From contig JANLPS010000027.1 in assembly GCA_031367385.1 (NCBI GenBank), positions 1-64,000 of the forward strand: a stretch of 64,000 bases of DNA, given 5' to 3'. The notes under the pieces are model-generated. The model saw only the letters and a program-made list of their open reading frames with translations, was not told the origin of the DNA and ran no database searches. Each line of letters starts with the position of its first letter. The first letter of the stretch is position 1. This DNA is from Archangium sp. Lineage in GTDB: Bacteria; Myxococcota; Myxococcia; Myxococcales; Myxococcaceae. A program made the translations under genes and the position numbers. Positions 17,851 to 29,191 of this stretch are shown in pieces.

Positions 17851-18480
17851 GTGAAACCGTAGAAGGGTCTCGAAAACCTCGTTCAGCTCGATCAGTACCG
17901 AGCCGGTGAAGAGGCGCTGTGGCGAGCCTTTCAGAAAGGAGACCGCGTCGCGGCAGGCGAAATCTGGAGGCGAGAAGCGCGGTGGGTGCAATCATTGCTC
18001 TTTCGACTGCTGGGGCCCAAGGCGCGGCACGACCTCGAAGATTTGGCGCAAGAGGTCTTCATCATCACACACAAGCAATTGCCCACCTTAGATCTCACCC
18101 GCCCACCCCGAAACTATCTCACGGGGGTCGTGCTCAATGTCGCCCGTCGTCGGCTCCGAAGCTGGCGAAGAAAGAATCAGTTCTTGGAGATGCTGCCTCA
18201 CGTCATGCGTCGCCCTTGGGTCGACCCCGTCGACCCGACCGTGCCGCGCGCGGTGAACGAGCTGAATGCCGCGCTCGACCAGCTCGACCCTGACTTGAGA
18301 ATTGCGTTCGTGTTGCGGGTGATTGAAATGCAGACCCTCGAGGCGGTCGCCGCCAACCTCGACATTTCGCTCGCGACGGCCAAGCGCCGGGTTCGCGCGG
18401 CCCGGCTCGAGCTGGTTGCGCAAGCCGCTCGCTACCCCGCCCTGGCCTCGTATCTCACAGGGGCCGACGCCGATGAGTGA
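17851..18480 (+). pseudogene. ECF sigma factor interrupted by an in-frame TAG at codon 4 (or sequencing error)
   Basis: EDLAQEVFI (region 2) and LEAVAANLDISLATAKRRV (region 4); GGAG then GTG at 17851 gives MKP*KGLENL...EEALWRAFQKGD in the same frame. Confidence 0.7.
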
Positions 18481-19669
18481 CCTTCATGGCCTGGCCCAGC
18501 TTGCGCGTGACGCGACCGACCTGCCGGGTGAGCCGCGCCAGGCGCCCCCCGCTTTGTTGGACAGAATCGACGGCACGCGAAGCCGTCGGCGCAAACAGCT
18601 GGTGCTGGCCGCCTGCACGCTCCTCGTCTTGGGCGGCGCTGGTGCGTGGTGGGCGCGCGACCCGATTTCAAAAAGCCGGCCCGTCGTAGCCGGCGTGGTC
18701 ACCCGCTTCGCCGACGGCAGTGAGCTCGAGCTCTTCGCCACTGGCCGTGCAGAACTGGCGACCGACGCGACCGGCACGACCATCGTCTTGCTGTCGGGCC
18801 GAGCTCAACTGCGGGCCATGCCGCTCGGTGGGTCGACGCACGTGCGGTTGGCCGGAGGCGACGTCGAGGTGATCAACGGCCCAGCCCGGTTCTTCGCGAG
18901 CATGACCACCGACGGCGCGGGCATCGAAGTTGACCAGGGAGTCGTTCAGGTTCGAACCACCCTCGGTGTGCGACGAATCGTTCGGGGCGAGCGCCTCAAC
19001 CTGAGTGAACCGCTGGAGCAAGCGCACCCCGAGGCTGCGCCCACGCCTGCTGCCCCTCTCGAAGCCCCCGCCCCGAAGAGCGAGCGACCCCCAAGCCCAC
19101 CCAAGCAGAGCGCGCCGAAACCCCGGCCGGTGCCCGCGGCTGCCCAGCCCGCCCCTCTGGCGCTCGAGGCGACCTCACCCCTGGCCCCCGAGCCCGAGGC
19201 AGGGCCCAGCACTGCGAGCCCGGTGCTTGACTGGTCTCGGCTGCTGGCCGCAGAAGGCGCGGCGGCGGTGCTCTCGGCGGCGCGACCCTACGACGTGGCC
19301 TTCGAGCAGCGCTCGTCGACCGACCTGGTGGCCTTGGGCGATGCGGCTCGCTACAGCCGCCAGCTCGAGCTGGCAGAGAAGGCGTACGGCGCCGTGAGGC
19401 AGCGCTTTGCCGGCACGCGAGATGCCGCGCACGCGCTGTTTCTGCTGGGTCGCGTGGCCGAGCAGCGCTTTGACCGCGTGGCCGCGGTGAAGGCCTACGC
19501 CGACTATGAGCTCGAGGCGCCCACTGGCGGCCTGGCCGCTGAGGCCCTGGGCCGGCGCATCCTCATGATGGAGCCCTCAGACCAGCAGCGCTGCGCGCTC
19601 GTGAATCGGTACCTTCAGCGGTACCCGCAGGGCACCATGAGCGAGCGTTTCAGCGACCTGTGCCAATGA
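18473..19669 (+). CDS. FecR-like anti-sigma factor with Pro-rich linker and TPR-like C-terminus
   Basis: TM helix, FADGSELEL, VDQGVVQV, YLQRYPQG; overlaps the sigma gene stop. Confidence 0.8.
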   Translation: MSDLHGLAQLARDATDLPGEPRQAPPALLDRIDGTRSRRRKQLVLAACTLLVLGGAGAWWARDPISKSRPVVAGVVTRFADGSELELFATGRAELATDATGTTIVLLSGRAQLRAMPLGGSTHVRLAGGDVEVINGPARFFASMTTDGAGIEVDQGVVQVRTTLGVRRIVRGERLNLSEPLEQAHPEAAPTPAAPLEAPAPKSERPPSPPKQSAPKPRPVPAAAQPAPLALEATSPLAPEPEAGPSTASPVLDWSRLLAAEGAAAVLSAARPYDVAFEQRSSTDLVALGDAARYSRQLELAEKAYGAVRQRFAGTRDAAHALFLLGRVAEQRFDRVAAVKAYADYELEAPTGGLAAEALGRRILMMEPSDQQRCALVNRYLQRYPQGTMSERFSDLCQ

Positions 19670-20577
19670 GAAGTGGGGTGCTCGTTCTGATGCTCGGCGT
19701 GGCTTCGGGCACGGCGCGAGCGGAGCGAACCTGTTCTGCCGTGTGGTTGCTCACCGCGCCTTCGTCACGCGTCGAGCTGGTGGGCCGCCTCGCGGCTGAA
19801 GCTCGTTCAGCGGGGTTCGAACCGCGTACGACTTCGGAGAGCTCACTGCAGCTGTTGACCGCCCAGCTGCCTGGCGGGTCGGTGTGTGGCGTGCTGTCGC
19901 TGACTGAGCTTTCGACGCTCACCATCGCGGTGTTCGACCCGGTCGGTCAGCGAATTTTGACGCTTCGATTGGCTTCACCAGGCGATGACGCGACCTGGGC
20001 GCTCAAGGCGGTGGAGTGGCTTCGCGCAGAGCCCAGCGCCTATCTCAAGGTTGCCCCACAGCCGCCCGCTGAGCGCTCGAAAGCCATCTCGGTGCTGGGC
20101 GTTGGCCGTTGGGCCGCGGGGGTCGGAGTGGGCTGGGGTGCTCAGGTTGCTGTCGGCTTCGGCTTTGCCAAGGGTTTCGGAGTCGAGCTGGTCGCGACGG
20201 CGCCGGTGGTCACCCATGTGAGCACCAGCACTGCCAGCGCGACGCTGACGGAGGTGGCGGGCTCCGCACGCCTGACGTGGACACTCGTCGCCAGCGAGCG
20301 ATGGCGCCTGCCTTTCGGCGTGGGCTTGGGAGCCCGCTTCATTCACGCGCAAGGCCTCTCGCCGACTGACCGTGCGGGCACCGCGCAGGCGGTGAGCTTC
20401 GACGTCGATGCGAGCGCCGCCCTTCGCGTGCTGCTGTGGTCATGGTTCGGCGTCGAGCTTCGCATCACCGGCGTGCTGAGCCCGGGCTCCGTGGGCTTGA
20501 TGCTCGATGGCGAGCGCGTGGCGCGCCTCGTCTTCCCCGCGGTGCATGCGGCGGCAGGGTTCGTCGCACACTGGTGA
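19666..20577 (+). CDS. Secreted/outer-membrane beta-rich protein of the ECF-FecR module
   Basis: Signal peptide, amphipathic beta strands, terminal Trp, ATGA overlap. Confidence 0.7.
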   Translation: MRSGVLVLMLGVASGTARAERTCSAVWLLTAPSSRVELVGRLAAEARSAGFEPRTTSESSLQLLTAQLPGGSVCGVLSLTELSTLTIAVFDPVGQRILTLRLASPGDDATWALKAVEWLRAEPSAYLKVAPQPPAERSKAISVLGVGRWAAGVGVGWGAQVAVGFGFAKGFGVELVATAPVVTHVSTSTASATLTEVAGSARLTWTLVASERWRLPFGVGLGARFIHAQGLSPTDRAGTAQAVSFDVDASAALRVLLWSWFGVELRITGVLSPGSVGLMLDGERVARLVFPAVHAAAGFVAHW

Positions 20578-20802
20578 CTTTCGCGACCAACGCAAAAAAA
20601 GCAGTCACTGCTCAACGACTGATGTTCCAAAAACATGGAGAAAGCGGTTCAGCGCGCGAGCGCACCGAGTCGAGCGTGACCAAGACTCCGGGCGCCATTC
20701 GAGCCCCATCTGGACGAAACGCGTCGACGGGTAGAGCAGTCGAATGATGTTACAAAAACGTCTCGCATGCAGTGCATGCAGAGGCTCGGAGTGCCGTCAG
20801 CA

Positions 20803-23800
20803 TCACCCACGGGCGTGGCGTCGCTCACCCGACTGCGCGCGGCGACGTCGCCAGGCGGCAATCGCGAGGGCGAGCCCGGCCCAAGCCGTGGTTTCGGCGT
20901 CGGTCGCGCCGCAGCCACACCCCACGCCGTAGATCCGAATGGTCTGAATGCCGCCATCAACGCCTGCATCACCCAGCGGCCCGGCATCGCTCACCACACC
21001 CGCATCGCTGGCCGAACCCGCATCGCTCCCATTTCCAGCATCGACCGTGGAGCCCGCATCACTCGCTCCCCCAGCGTCGGCGCTGATGCCCCCATCGGCC
21101 GCCGCCCCCGCATCGCCCGCCATGCCCGCGTCGACCAGGGCCCCAGCGTCAGGCGTCGGCACGCAGGCCGACATCACGCACGACTGCCCGGCCGCGCATT
21201 CGGCGCCACTGGTGCAACTCACCGGGCAGGCTGCCGTCGAGCCGCTGCAGACAGAGGGCGCGCACGAGGGTGAGCCGGGTGACCCCGCGGGAGAAGGGCT
21301 GCAGGTGCCCTGCGAGCCGGGCAGGTTGCAGGCATCGCACGCGCCGCCGCACGCGGTGTTGCAGCAGAACGAATCGATGCACTGCCCACTCACGCACTCC
21401 GCGCCCGTACTGCACGCGCCCCCGAGCCCGAGCCTGAAAGAGAGGGTGATGTCAGTCACGTCGCGCTCACTGCCGGTGCTCGGCAGCATCGTGGTGCCCT
21501 CGGTGTCGTCGAGCGCCAGGTCGACCCACAGTGACTGCGCCGTGAGCCCAAGTGGTATCGCGGTGCCCAGGGCGATCGACCCCAGGTCGACCGGCGCTCC
21601 GAACACCCCTGACGTCGGAGCGGTTCGGTACCGAACCGACACCGACCCCCAGCTCGAGACGCTCGCGTTCAGCCGAATCGAATCGAAGGTGCTGCTGGTG
21701 CCGAGGTCGAAGAGCCGCGAATACTGGCCCACCGCGAGCGGGCCGAGCAGCGGAGCGCGAAGAACCTCGTTCGCCGCGCCACCCGCCCCACCCACCACGT
21801 AGACAATGCCGTCGCTGGCCACTGCTCTCGGGAGGTAAATCGACACTGGCATCGGGGTCGTCGCGGCCCACGCTCCCAACGTGCCGTCGTTCGCAAACCC
21901 TGCCTGGTACACCTCATTCAGAAACCCCCCGCGGTAACCGCCGAACACGTACAGCGACCCGTTGTAGGCGAGCGCCTCGTGCTGAAACCGGGTTGCAGGC
22001 ATCGGGGTCGTCGGCGTCCAAGCGCTCAGCGAGCCATTGCTCCCTTGTCGTGCGACCAGCACCTCGGCCAACTCGCCAGTGAAGTTCGCCCCGACACCGG
22101 CGACGACGTACAGAAACCCGCGGTTCGCGACCGCTGCGAAATAGTATCGGCCCGAGGGCAGGCTCGACGTCACCGTGAAAGGCCCCAGCGAGCCATCAGC
22201 GTTGATCGCCGCCACCTGCACATCGCTGCGCACGGTCATCGAGTCGGTGGCGCCCGCGATGACGTACATGTAGCCATTCGACGCGACGGCCGCCAAGGCA
22301 TACCGAGGCACCGCGAATGAGCTGGTCGCGGCCCACGCGCCGAGGGTGCCGTCGAGATTGAGGTGCGCGTAGAGCACGTCGTTGAATACGGCGCCCATGA
22401 AGGTGCCCCCCAAGACGTAGACGTAGCCGTTGGCCTGCGCGGAGGCGTGAATGAAGCGCGGCGAGGGCAAGGGCGTCGCGGGCACCGAGGGCACCAAGGT
22501 GCCGTCGCCCAGAACTCGCGCAGCGTCGACCTCGCCGGTGACGCCGACGGCGTTTTTCTGGCCGGCGATGGCGTACAGGTACCCGTTGGCCGCGACACTG
22601 GTGTGGTAGCTGCGCGAGGTGAATGCGGGGTCGGCCACCCACGCGCCGAGCGCAGAACCAAGCGCCCCAGTCGAGGTGATTGACGCGGCGTGAACTTCGT
22701 CGAGCGGAGCGGTGCTCCCGCCGCCCACGATGAAGACCACCCCGTTGTAGGCGTTCGCTGACAGCCCGTGTCGACTGCTTGGCAGCAAGGCGCTCGGGCC
22801 CCAGGCGCCGAGGGTCCCGTCGGCGTTGATCACCGCGATCACGGTGGTGCTGTAATTCGTCGCTCCCACGGAGCCGCCGGTGACGAACAGGGCGCTGCCC
22901 GCGGCGAAGGCCGCGTGTTGGCGCCGGGTCGAAGGGAGCCCGGTCACCGTGCGCCACGTGCCGAGCGCTCCGTTCGGGCCGACCCTGACCACCTGCACCT
23001 GGGCGGAGTCACCGACCGCGGTGGTGCCTCCGGTGACGTAGATGAAGTCTTTGAAGCCAACGCTCGCGTGGCCCGTACGCGCGTTGATGAATGGGTTCGC
23101 CGCCGACCACGCGCCAATCGTGCCATCGGCGTTGAAGGTCGCGACGTCGACCGAGGCGAGCAGGCCCGCTCCCGCAGTCGTGCCTCCCAGGGCAAAGAGG
23201 CGGCCGTGCAGCGCCACTGCCGAGTGCCCTCGCCGCGCCGAAGGCAACGCGGTCGTTGATACCCAGGCCCCGAGCGCTCCGGTGCTGCCGATGCGAGCCA
23301 CGAGCACTTCGTCGAGCAGGGCACTGCCTTGGCCGCCCAGCACGTAGATGAAGCCGTCGTAGGCGACGCAGGCATGCTGGCTCCGGGCGGTCGGCAGTGG
23401 CGTGGTCGCGGCCCAGGCGCCGAGCGTGGCTCCGGTGATGGGCGCGAAGTCGACCGTGGTGAGCGCCCCAGCCGAGCCGTCGCCGCCCAGCACGTAGAGA
23501 AACCCATTCGAGACCACGCTGCAGTGCTGACTGCGCCCCGAGGGCAATGCATTCACCGCGGCGAAGGCGCCCAGGTCACTGGTCGGTCGCGCGCGGGTGA
23601 GTTGATCTGAAGACAGGTCGACGTCGCCCTCGAGGTTGCCCCCGGCCGCGAAGTCGGCGGTCAGCGTGACGATGGTCGGGTCGAGGTCGAGGGGGTAGGC
23701 GCGCGAGGCCAGGCCCGTCGCCCGCAACCGAACCCGGCCATCGAGCAACTCGAAAGAGAGCCCCGCCGAGCTCACCATGCCCATCGCGTCGCGAAGCACT

Positions 23801-24282
23801 GGCGTCGGCAGTTGGTACACCGGGCGCTGCTGGCTCGAGAGCGTGACGCTGCCGTTGGCCTCGCGCCTCGCGGTCAGCTCTGGGGCCAGCTCGAGCGTCC
23901 ACTCCAGCAGCAGCGAGTCGGCGACGAAGGCCGGCAAGAGCAGGTGCTCTTTGACGCCGGTCTGGGTCGCCTCGAGCCGGAGCGTGACCGCGCCGTCGTG
24001 GTAGTCGACCTGCGAGCCGTGCACCGTGCCTGCGCCCAGCACGAAGGGCCCCGAGGCGTAAGCGAGCTCGACGCGGGCAGCCCCATCGCGCTTCGCCAGA
24101 CGCACGCGGGGGGCCTGCGCGCCAACCTGCACCGTCAGCGACGGGTCTGGTGGCGCCTTGACCGTCAACCAGCGCGCCGACGAATCGAGCTCGAGCACCG
24201 CAGAGGGCGTCGCCGTACACGCGGCCAACGCGAAGAGCAGCAGCACCCGTGACGCGCCATTCACTCGAGTGGGTTGCGCCAT
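20803..24282 (-). CDS. Kelch-repeat surface protein with Cys-rich region and MYXO-CTERM
   Basis: Many (L/I)YVLGG...W...LP..R..H repeats; DAG linker; GCGCG-hydrophobic-RRRR tail. Confidence 0.9.
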   Translation of the reverse strand: MAQPTRVNGASRVLLLFALAACTATPSAVLELDSSARWLTVKAPPDPSLTVQVGAQAPRVRLAKRDGAARVELAYASGPFVLGAGTVHGSQVDYHDGAVTLRLEATQTGVKEHLLLPAFVADSLLLEWTLELAPELTARREANGSVTLSSQQRPVYQLPTPVLRDAMGMVSSAGLSFELLDGRVRLRATGLASRAYPLDLDPTIVTLTADFAAGGNLEGDVDLSSDQLTRARPTSDLGAFAAVNALPSGRSQHCSVVSNGFLYVLGGDGSAGALTTVDFAPITGATLGAWAATTPLPTARSQHACVAYDGFIYVLGGQGSALLDEVLVARIGSTGALGAWVSTTALPSARRGHSAVALHGRLFALGGTTAGAGLLASVDVATFNADGTIGAWSAANPFINARTGHASVGFKDFIYVTGGTTAVGDSAQVQVVRVGPNGALGTWRTVTGLPSTRRQHAAFAAGSALFVTGGSVGATNYSTTVIAVINADGTLGAWGPSALLPSSRHGLSANAYNGVVFIVGGGSTAPLDEVHAASITSTGALGSALGAWVADPAFTSRSYHTSVAANGYLYAIAGQKNAVGVTGEVDAARVLGDGTLVPSVPATPLPSPRFIHASAQANGYVYVLGGTFMGAVFNDVLYAHLNLDGTLGAWAATSSFAVPRYALAAVASNGYMYVIAGATDSMTVRSDVQVAAINADGSLGPFTVTSSLPSGRYYFAAVANRGFLYVVAGVGANFTGELAEVLVARQGSNGSLSAWTPTTPMPATRFQHEALAYNGSLYVFGGYRGGFLNEVYQAGFANDGTLGAWAATTPMPVSIYLPRAVASDGIVYVVGGAGGAANEVLRAPLLGPLAVGQYSRLFDLGTSSTFDSIRLNASVSSWGSVSVRYRTAPTSGVFGAPVDLGSIALGTAIPLGLTAQSLWVDLALDDTEGTTMLPSTGSERDVTDITLSFRLGLGGACSTGAECVSGQCIDSFCCNTACGGACDACNLPGSQGTCSPSPAGSPGSPSCAPSVCSGSTAACPVSCTSGAECAAGQSCVMSACVPTPDAGALVDAGMAGDAGAAADGGISADAGGASDAGSTVDAGNGSDAGSASDAGVVSDAGPLGDAGVDGGIQTIRIYGVGCGCGATDAETTAWAGLALAIAAWRRRRAQSGERRHARG

Positions 24283-24342
24283 GTCATGCCTCTTTGCGAA
24301 CACAAAGAGGCTGCAGCATGCCACGTTCGAACTGCCAACGTT

Positions 24343-24618
24343 TTAGCGGGGCTCGCCGAACCGGTTGGCGATGAGCTCACCAATCTCTTTCAAGCACGCC
24401 GAAGCGCCCTCGCCCTTGCAGGCCACCTTGACCTTCATGCCCTGCGCGGCGGCCAACATCAGCACGCCCATGATCGACTTGCCGTTGACGACCTGACCTT
24501 CACACTCGAGCTCGACGTCGCAGGTCGCGCGATTGGCGGCTTTCACCAGCTGCGCCGCGGCACGCGCATGCAGCCCCAGTGCGTTGATGATGGTGTACTC
24601 GGCCTCGACCGTTTCCAT
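24343..24618 (-). CDS. ptsH: HPr phosphocarrier protein
   Basis: GLHARAA (phospho-His) and NGKSIMGVLMLAA. Confidence 0.95.
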   Translation of the reverse strand: METVEAEYTIINALGLHARAAAQLVKAANRATCDVELECEGQVVNGKSIMGVLMLAAAQGMKVKVACKGEGASACLKEIGELIANRFGEPR

Positions 24619-24652
24619 GAGTGGGCGAGACCGTACCCGAAACGGTCTGAAA

Positions 24653-25174
24653 CTAGCGGCGCAACTTCACCAATTCATTGCGGCAGTTGTTGCACAGGTG
24701 CAGCTGGCGGCGGTCGGCGTCGGTGATCGAGGTCGCCTGGTACATCGCGCAGCGCACGTCTTCACAGTACGAGAGCCCCACCAAGTGCCCGGCCTGATGC
24801 ACCGCTTCGACGAAGGTGCGGCGCTTCCACGCTTCGCCTTCGCCCTTGAGCCGGTTGAGCGAGAACACCGCCACGTGCGAGTCGCGGTCGGCGTCTCCGA
24901 AGACGAAGGGCGTGTCGGGCATGAACAGGTCGACGTCGGTGATGCCCATCACCAGCGGCGAGCCGATCTCCCGAACCGTCAGCACCCGGCGCATGATCGC
25001 CGCCGAGTGGTACTGCGAGCGGTCTTTGTTGAAGGCGTACGAGGGCCCCGGCATCGCGGTTTTGCCAACGAAGGCAGAAACTGACAGCACGGCGGCGATG
25101 GGAGCCTCGAGCTCTTTGAGAAACACGCCCGCCACACTGCCAACGCCCACCAGCTGCAACTCTTTGCTGGACAT
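24653..25174 (-). CDS. Archaemetzincin-like protein with degenerate catalytic motif
   Basis: ITDVDLF, FVFG, EAVHQAGHLVGLSYC...CAM...LCNNC; HExxH Glu is Gln. Confidence 0.85.
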   Translation of the reverse strand: MSSKELQLVGVGSVAGVFLKELEAPIAAVLSVSAFVGKTAMPGPSYAFNKDRSQYHSAAIMRRVLTVREIGSPLVMGITDVDLFMPDTPFVFGDADRDSHVAVFSLNRLKGEGEAWKRRTFVEAVHQAGHLVGLSYCEDVRCAMYQATSITDADRRQLHLCNNCRNELVKLRR

Positions 25175-25302
25175 CGGTGCTCCCCCATCTCGGTCGAGCG
25201 TCGATTGTACCCACAAACTTGGGTCAGCCCTGAGCGTGAAGAACGGTCACCGGTGTCTTACAGGGGTAGTCAGTTGTGTGCTGACAGGCGCGCTGCTGCG
25301 AG

Positions 25303-25373
25303 CTGGGGCACGTGGATTCGAACCACGATACTCAGAGTCAAAGTCTGATGTCCTACCATTAGACGATGCCCCA
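25303..25373 (-). tRNA. tRNA-Gln (anticodon TTG)
   Basis: Minus strand TGGGGCATCGTCTAATGGTAGGACATCAGACTTTGACTCTGAGTATCGTGGTTCGAATCCACGTGCCCCAG folds as a cloverleaf; CCA not encoded. Confidence 0.95.
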
Positions 25374-25463
25374 ATGAGTCAGAGCGGACGGCACCTTATG
25401 GGTTTTCCCGACACGGCGCGCAACTGAAACTTGCGGCGCGGCCCTGCAGCGTAAAGACCCGAA

Positions 25464-26186
25464 CTACTTGCGCAAACCAGCACCGACCAAGACCAGCGGG
25501 CGAAGAATGCTCCACCAGCCGGTGATGGGTTTCATCTTGGTTTGGCCGAGGTTCTTGGGCGGGTAGACCTTGCTCACCGGCACCTCGACCGTGCGGTAGC
25601 CGCACTGAATGGCGCGCAAATAGAGGTACGGCTCGAGCTCGTACTCGTCGAGCCACCCCTGGCTTAAGTCGATGCGGCGATCTTCGAGCACCCGGCGGTG
25701 CGTTGCGCGAAAGCCGTTGGTCGACTCGGTCACCCACCGTCGCGCGGCGAGTGAGAACAGCAGCGGGTGTACCCGTGTGGCGATTTTGCGGTACCGGGGC
25801 ATCGGCCCGAAGCTCGCGTTACGCTTCAAGAAGCGGCTGCCCTGCACGAAGTCAGCGGTGCCCGCGGCGATCGGCTCGAGCAAGCGGGGTATCTCTTCGG
25901 GGCTGTCTTTGTTGTTGCCCGCCATCACCACCGCGACGTCGAAGCCCCGCTCGACCGCGTGCTGGTAGCCGAGCCGCAACGCCGCTCCGACGCCGATGAC
26001 CCGGGGCAGGCTGAGCACGGTGGCGCCACCCGCCCGCGCCACTTCGGCAGAATCGTCGGTGCTCCCATCGTCGATGACGAGCAATTCGTCGACCACGTCA
26101 CGCGGCGTGCGGCGAACCACCTCGCGAATCTTGGCTGACTCGTTGAAACACGGAGCCATCGCCAGCACGCGCAGCCCCGCGAACAT
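25464..26186 (-). CDS. Glycosyltransferase family 2 (DPM1-like)
   Basis: PCFNE, VIDDGSTD, FVQGSRF, TNGFRA. Confidence 0.92.
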   Translation of the reverse strand: MFAGLRVLAMAPCFNESAKIREVVRRTPRDVVDELLVIDDGSTDDSAEVARAGGATVLSLPRVIGVGAALRLGYQHAVERGFDVAVVMAGNNKDSPEEIPRLLEPIAAGTADFVQGSRFLKRNASFGPMPRYRKIATRVHPLLFSLAARRWVTESTNGFRATHRRVLEDRRIDLSQGWLDEYELEPYLYLRAIQCGYRTVEVPVSKVYPPKNLGQTKMKPITGWWSILRPLVLVGAGLRK

Positions 26187-26192
26187 GGCGAG

Positions 26193-27638
<1,446 letters not shown>

Positions 27639-27710
27639 CGCAGTGCGCCATCGTATAGCGCACTTCGCCCCGCTGAACGGAAATCGGCGGGGGTCACGGC
27701 TGTGAAACGG

Positions 27711-27989
27711 GCAGTTCTTTCTTGTCGACCAACAGGTCTCGGCCCTGCAGCAGGTCGACCCCACCTGCGAATTGGTCGAAGGCGTTGTACTTGTCTGGAG
27801 CGATGCGCGCCTGCGGCACAGCATCAAATAGCGCCGCCCCAACAGCGCGGGGTACGTCAGGGCAGAGACGATCATTCGCGAATCGCATTCGAGGCGGCCG
27901 AACCTGCGGGCGGTGAAGGTGTAGGTGACCTTGACGGTCGCACCGACCTCGCGCTTGGTCTCGACCTCGATGCCCTGCATGTCGGCGCC
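27711..27989 (-). pseudogene. Displaced, decayed 3' end of the TPR/DUF3857 gene (copy of 32126-32594 with a 190-bp deletion)
   Basis: Encodes GADMQGIEVE...LLGRRYLML and VPQARI...QGRDLLVDKK, matching the C-terminus of 32130-35891. Confidence 0.92.
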
Positions 27990-28373
27990 ATCCTGCCGGA
28001 CTATCTCGATCAGTGCGTTGCCGCCACGCTCCGGCAGCTTCCCGCCGCGCTCGATAGCGACGAACCTCCCGAGACGTTCCTCGATGATGCGCAAGAACCA
28101 GAGACCGTGCTGGCGCCCCGCGACCAGGCACCGATCGAGGCTCGACGGCCGCCCCCCCGGGCGCGGGTCGCTGGTCGCACGGTCGTGCTCGATTGTGGAG
28201 GCGTGCGGGTGTGGCCCGCCGATGGAGATCTGCGCCACGCGGAGATCGTGCTCGCGCTCGATCATGAGGTGCTCATGGCGGTGGCCCGGTCAACCCTGGC
28301 GACGAGCTGTTCGTCGACGCGCCGAGGTCCGGCGTCGCGATCGATCTGGTCTCGCACGGTTGGGAGTGAGTGA
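27990..28373 (+). pseudogene. Headless gene fragment of unknown family
   Basis: Protein-like stretch LPDYLDQCVAATLRQL...VVLDCGGVRVW with no start codon; begins exactly at the repeat boundary. Confidence 0.4.
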
Positions 28374-28443
28374 GGACTTCGAGGTTGAGCACGGTTGCTG
28401 TTCTGCTGAGGGCGAATTCGTTCTCACGGGTGCCACGGTACTT
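28372..28443 (-). mobile_element. Possible C-terminal relic of a DDE (IS1182/IS5-like) transposase
   Basis: KYRGTRENEFALSRTATVLNLE resembles the RYRG..KN......A...NL tail of these transposases. Confidence 0.4.
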
Positions 28444-28477
28444 GGTGGGGCCAGAGCGACGCGTCGGTCGAGCCCCC

Positions 28478-29188
28478 TTACGGCACCCGCAGACCCGGCC
28501 ATTGGCCGACACTCGCGACCTCACTCTGGCCGGTGGGCTTGGTCTCGGTGAACACCGAACCGATCAACTTCAATCGGGGCGCACGGGTCGCGGTGCCCGA
28601 CATCGAAATGGTGGCCCCTCGGTCGGCGCCCTGCGCGCTCGACACCACGCGGTTGTCGCTGAAGGTGCAGCCCGACACCAACGCCTCGCAGCCGTCGAGC
28701 AACCGCACCGCCCCGCCGTCTGTCGCCGCATTTTGGGTCAGCGCGCACCCCTCGAGCTCGAGCCGCGCAGTGCCGTCGACCAGCACCGCACCGCCTTGCC
28801 GGCCGGTATTGCCCTCGAAGCGACAGGCACGTGCCACGACTGAGCCCGATGACGCGAAGAGGCCGCCGCCGCCGAACATCGGCGCCCGGTTGAAGCGAAA
28901 GGTGCACCGCTGCAGCTCGACCGAGCATTCGCTGGTCAGGCTGAGGCCTCCGCCCCCGGGCAGCCCGAGGCCGTTGGCGAACAGCACGCCCTGCACCCGC
29001 ACCAGCCCACTCGGCGCTTCGATGCGGAGCACCGGCCCGCGCGCCCCGCCGTCGAACACCACTTCTCCCAGGGCGATGAGCGTGACTGGCTTTTGAATGA
29101 CGAGGTTGACCGCGTAGTGGCCGCTGGGCACCTGAACGATGCCACCCGCGAACGTGCTCGAGAGCAACGCCTGGAGTTCGAGCCCCAT
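28478..29188 (-). CDS. Right-handed parallel beta-helix (pectin-lyase-like) protein
   Basis: Repeated CxFxxN.A..GGA motifs. Confidence 0.85.
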   Translation of the reverse strand: MGLELQALLSSTFAGGIVQVPSGHYAVNLVIQKPVTLIALGEVVFDGGARGPVLRIEAPSGLVRVQGVLFANGLGLPGGGGLSLTSECSVELQRCTFRFNRAPMFGGGGLFASSGSVVARACRFEGNTGRQGGAVLVDGTARLELEGCALTQNAATDGGAVRLLDGCEALVSGCTFSDNRVVSSAQGADRGATISMSGTATRAPRLKLIGSVFTETKPTGQSEVASVGQWPGLRVP

Positions 29189-29191
29189 CGC

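Noticed and set aside
20940..21150. Tandem 18-bp-like repeats (also 47330-47480) as a possible CRISPR array or VNTR
   Set aside because: They encode in-frame DAG linkers of surface proteins; there are no unique spacers or cas genes.
25303..25373. tRNA-Gln as an island attachment site
   Set aside because: No duplicated tRNA 3' end or integrase was seen in the window.
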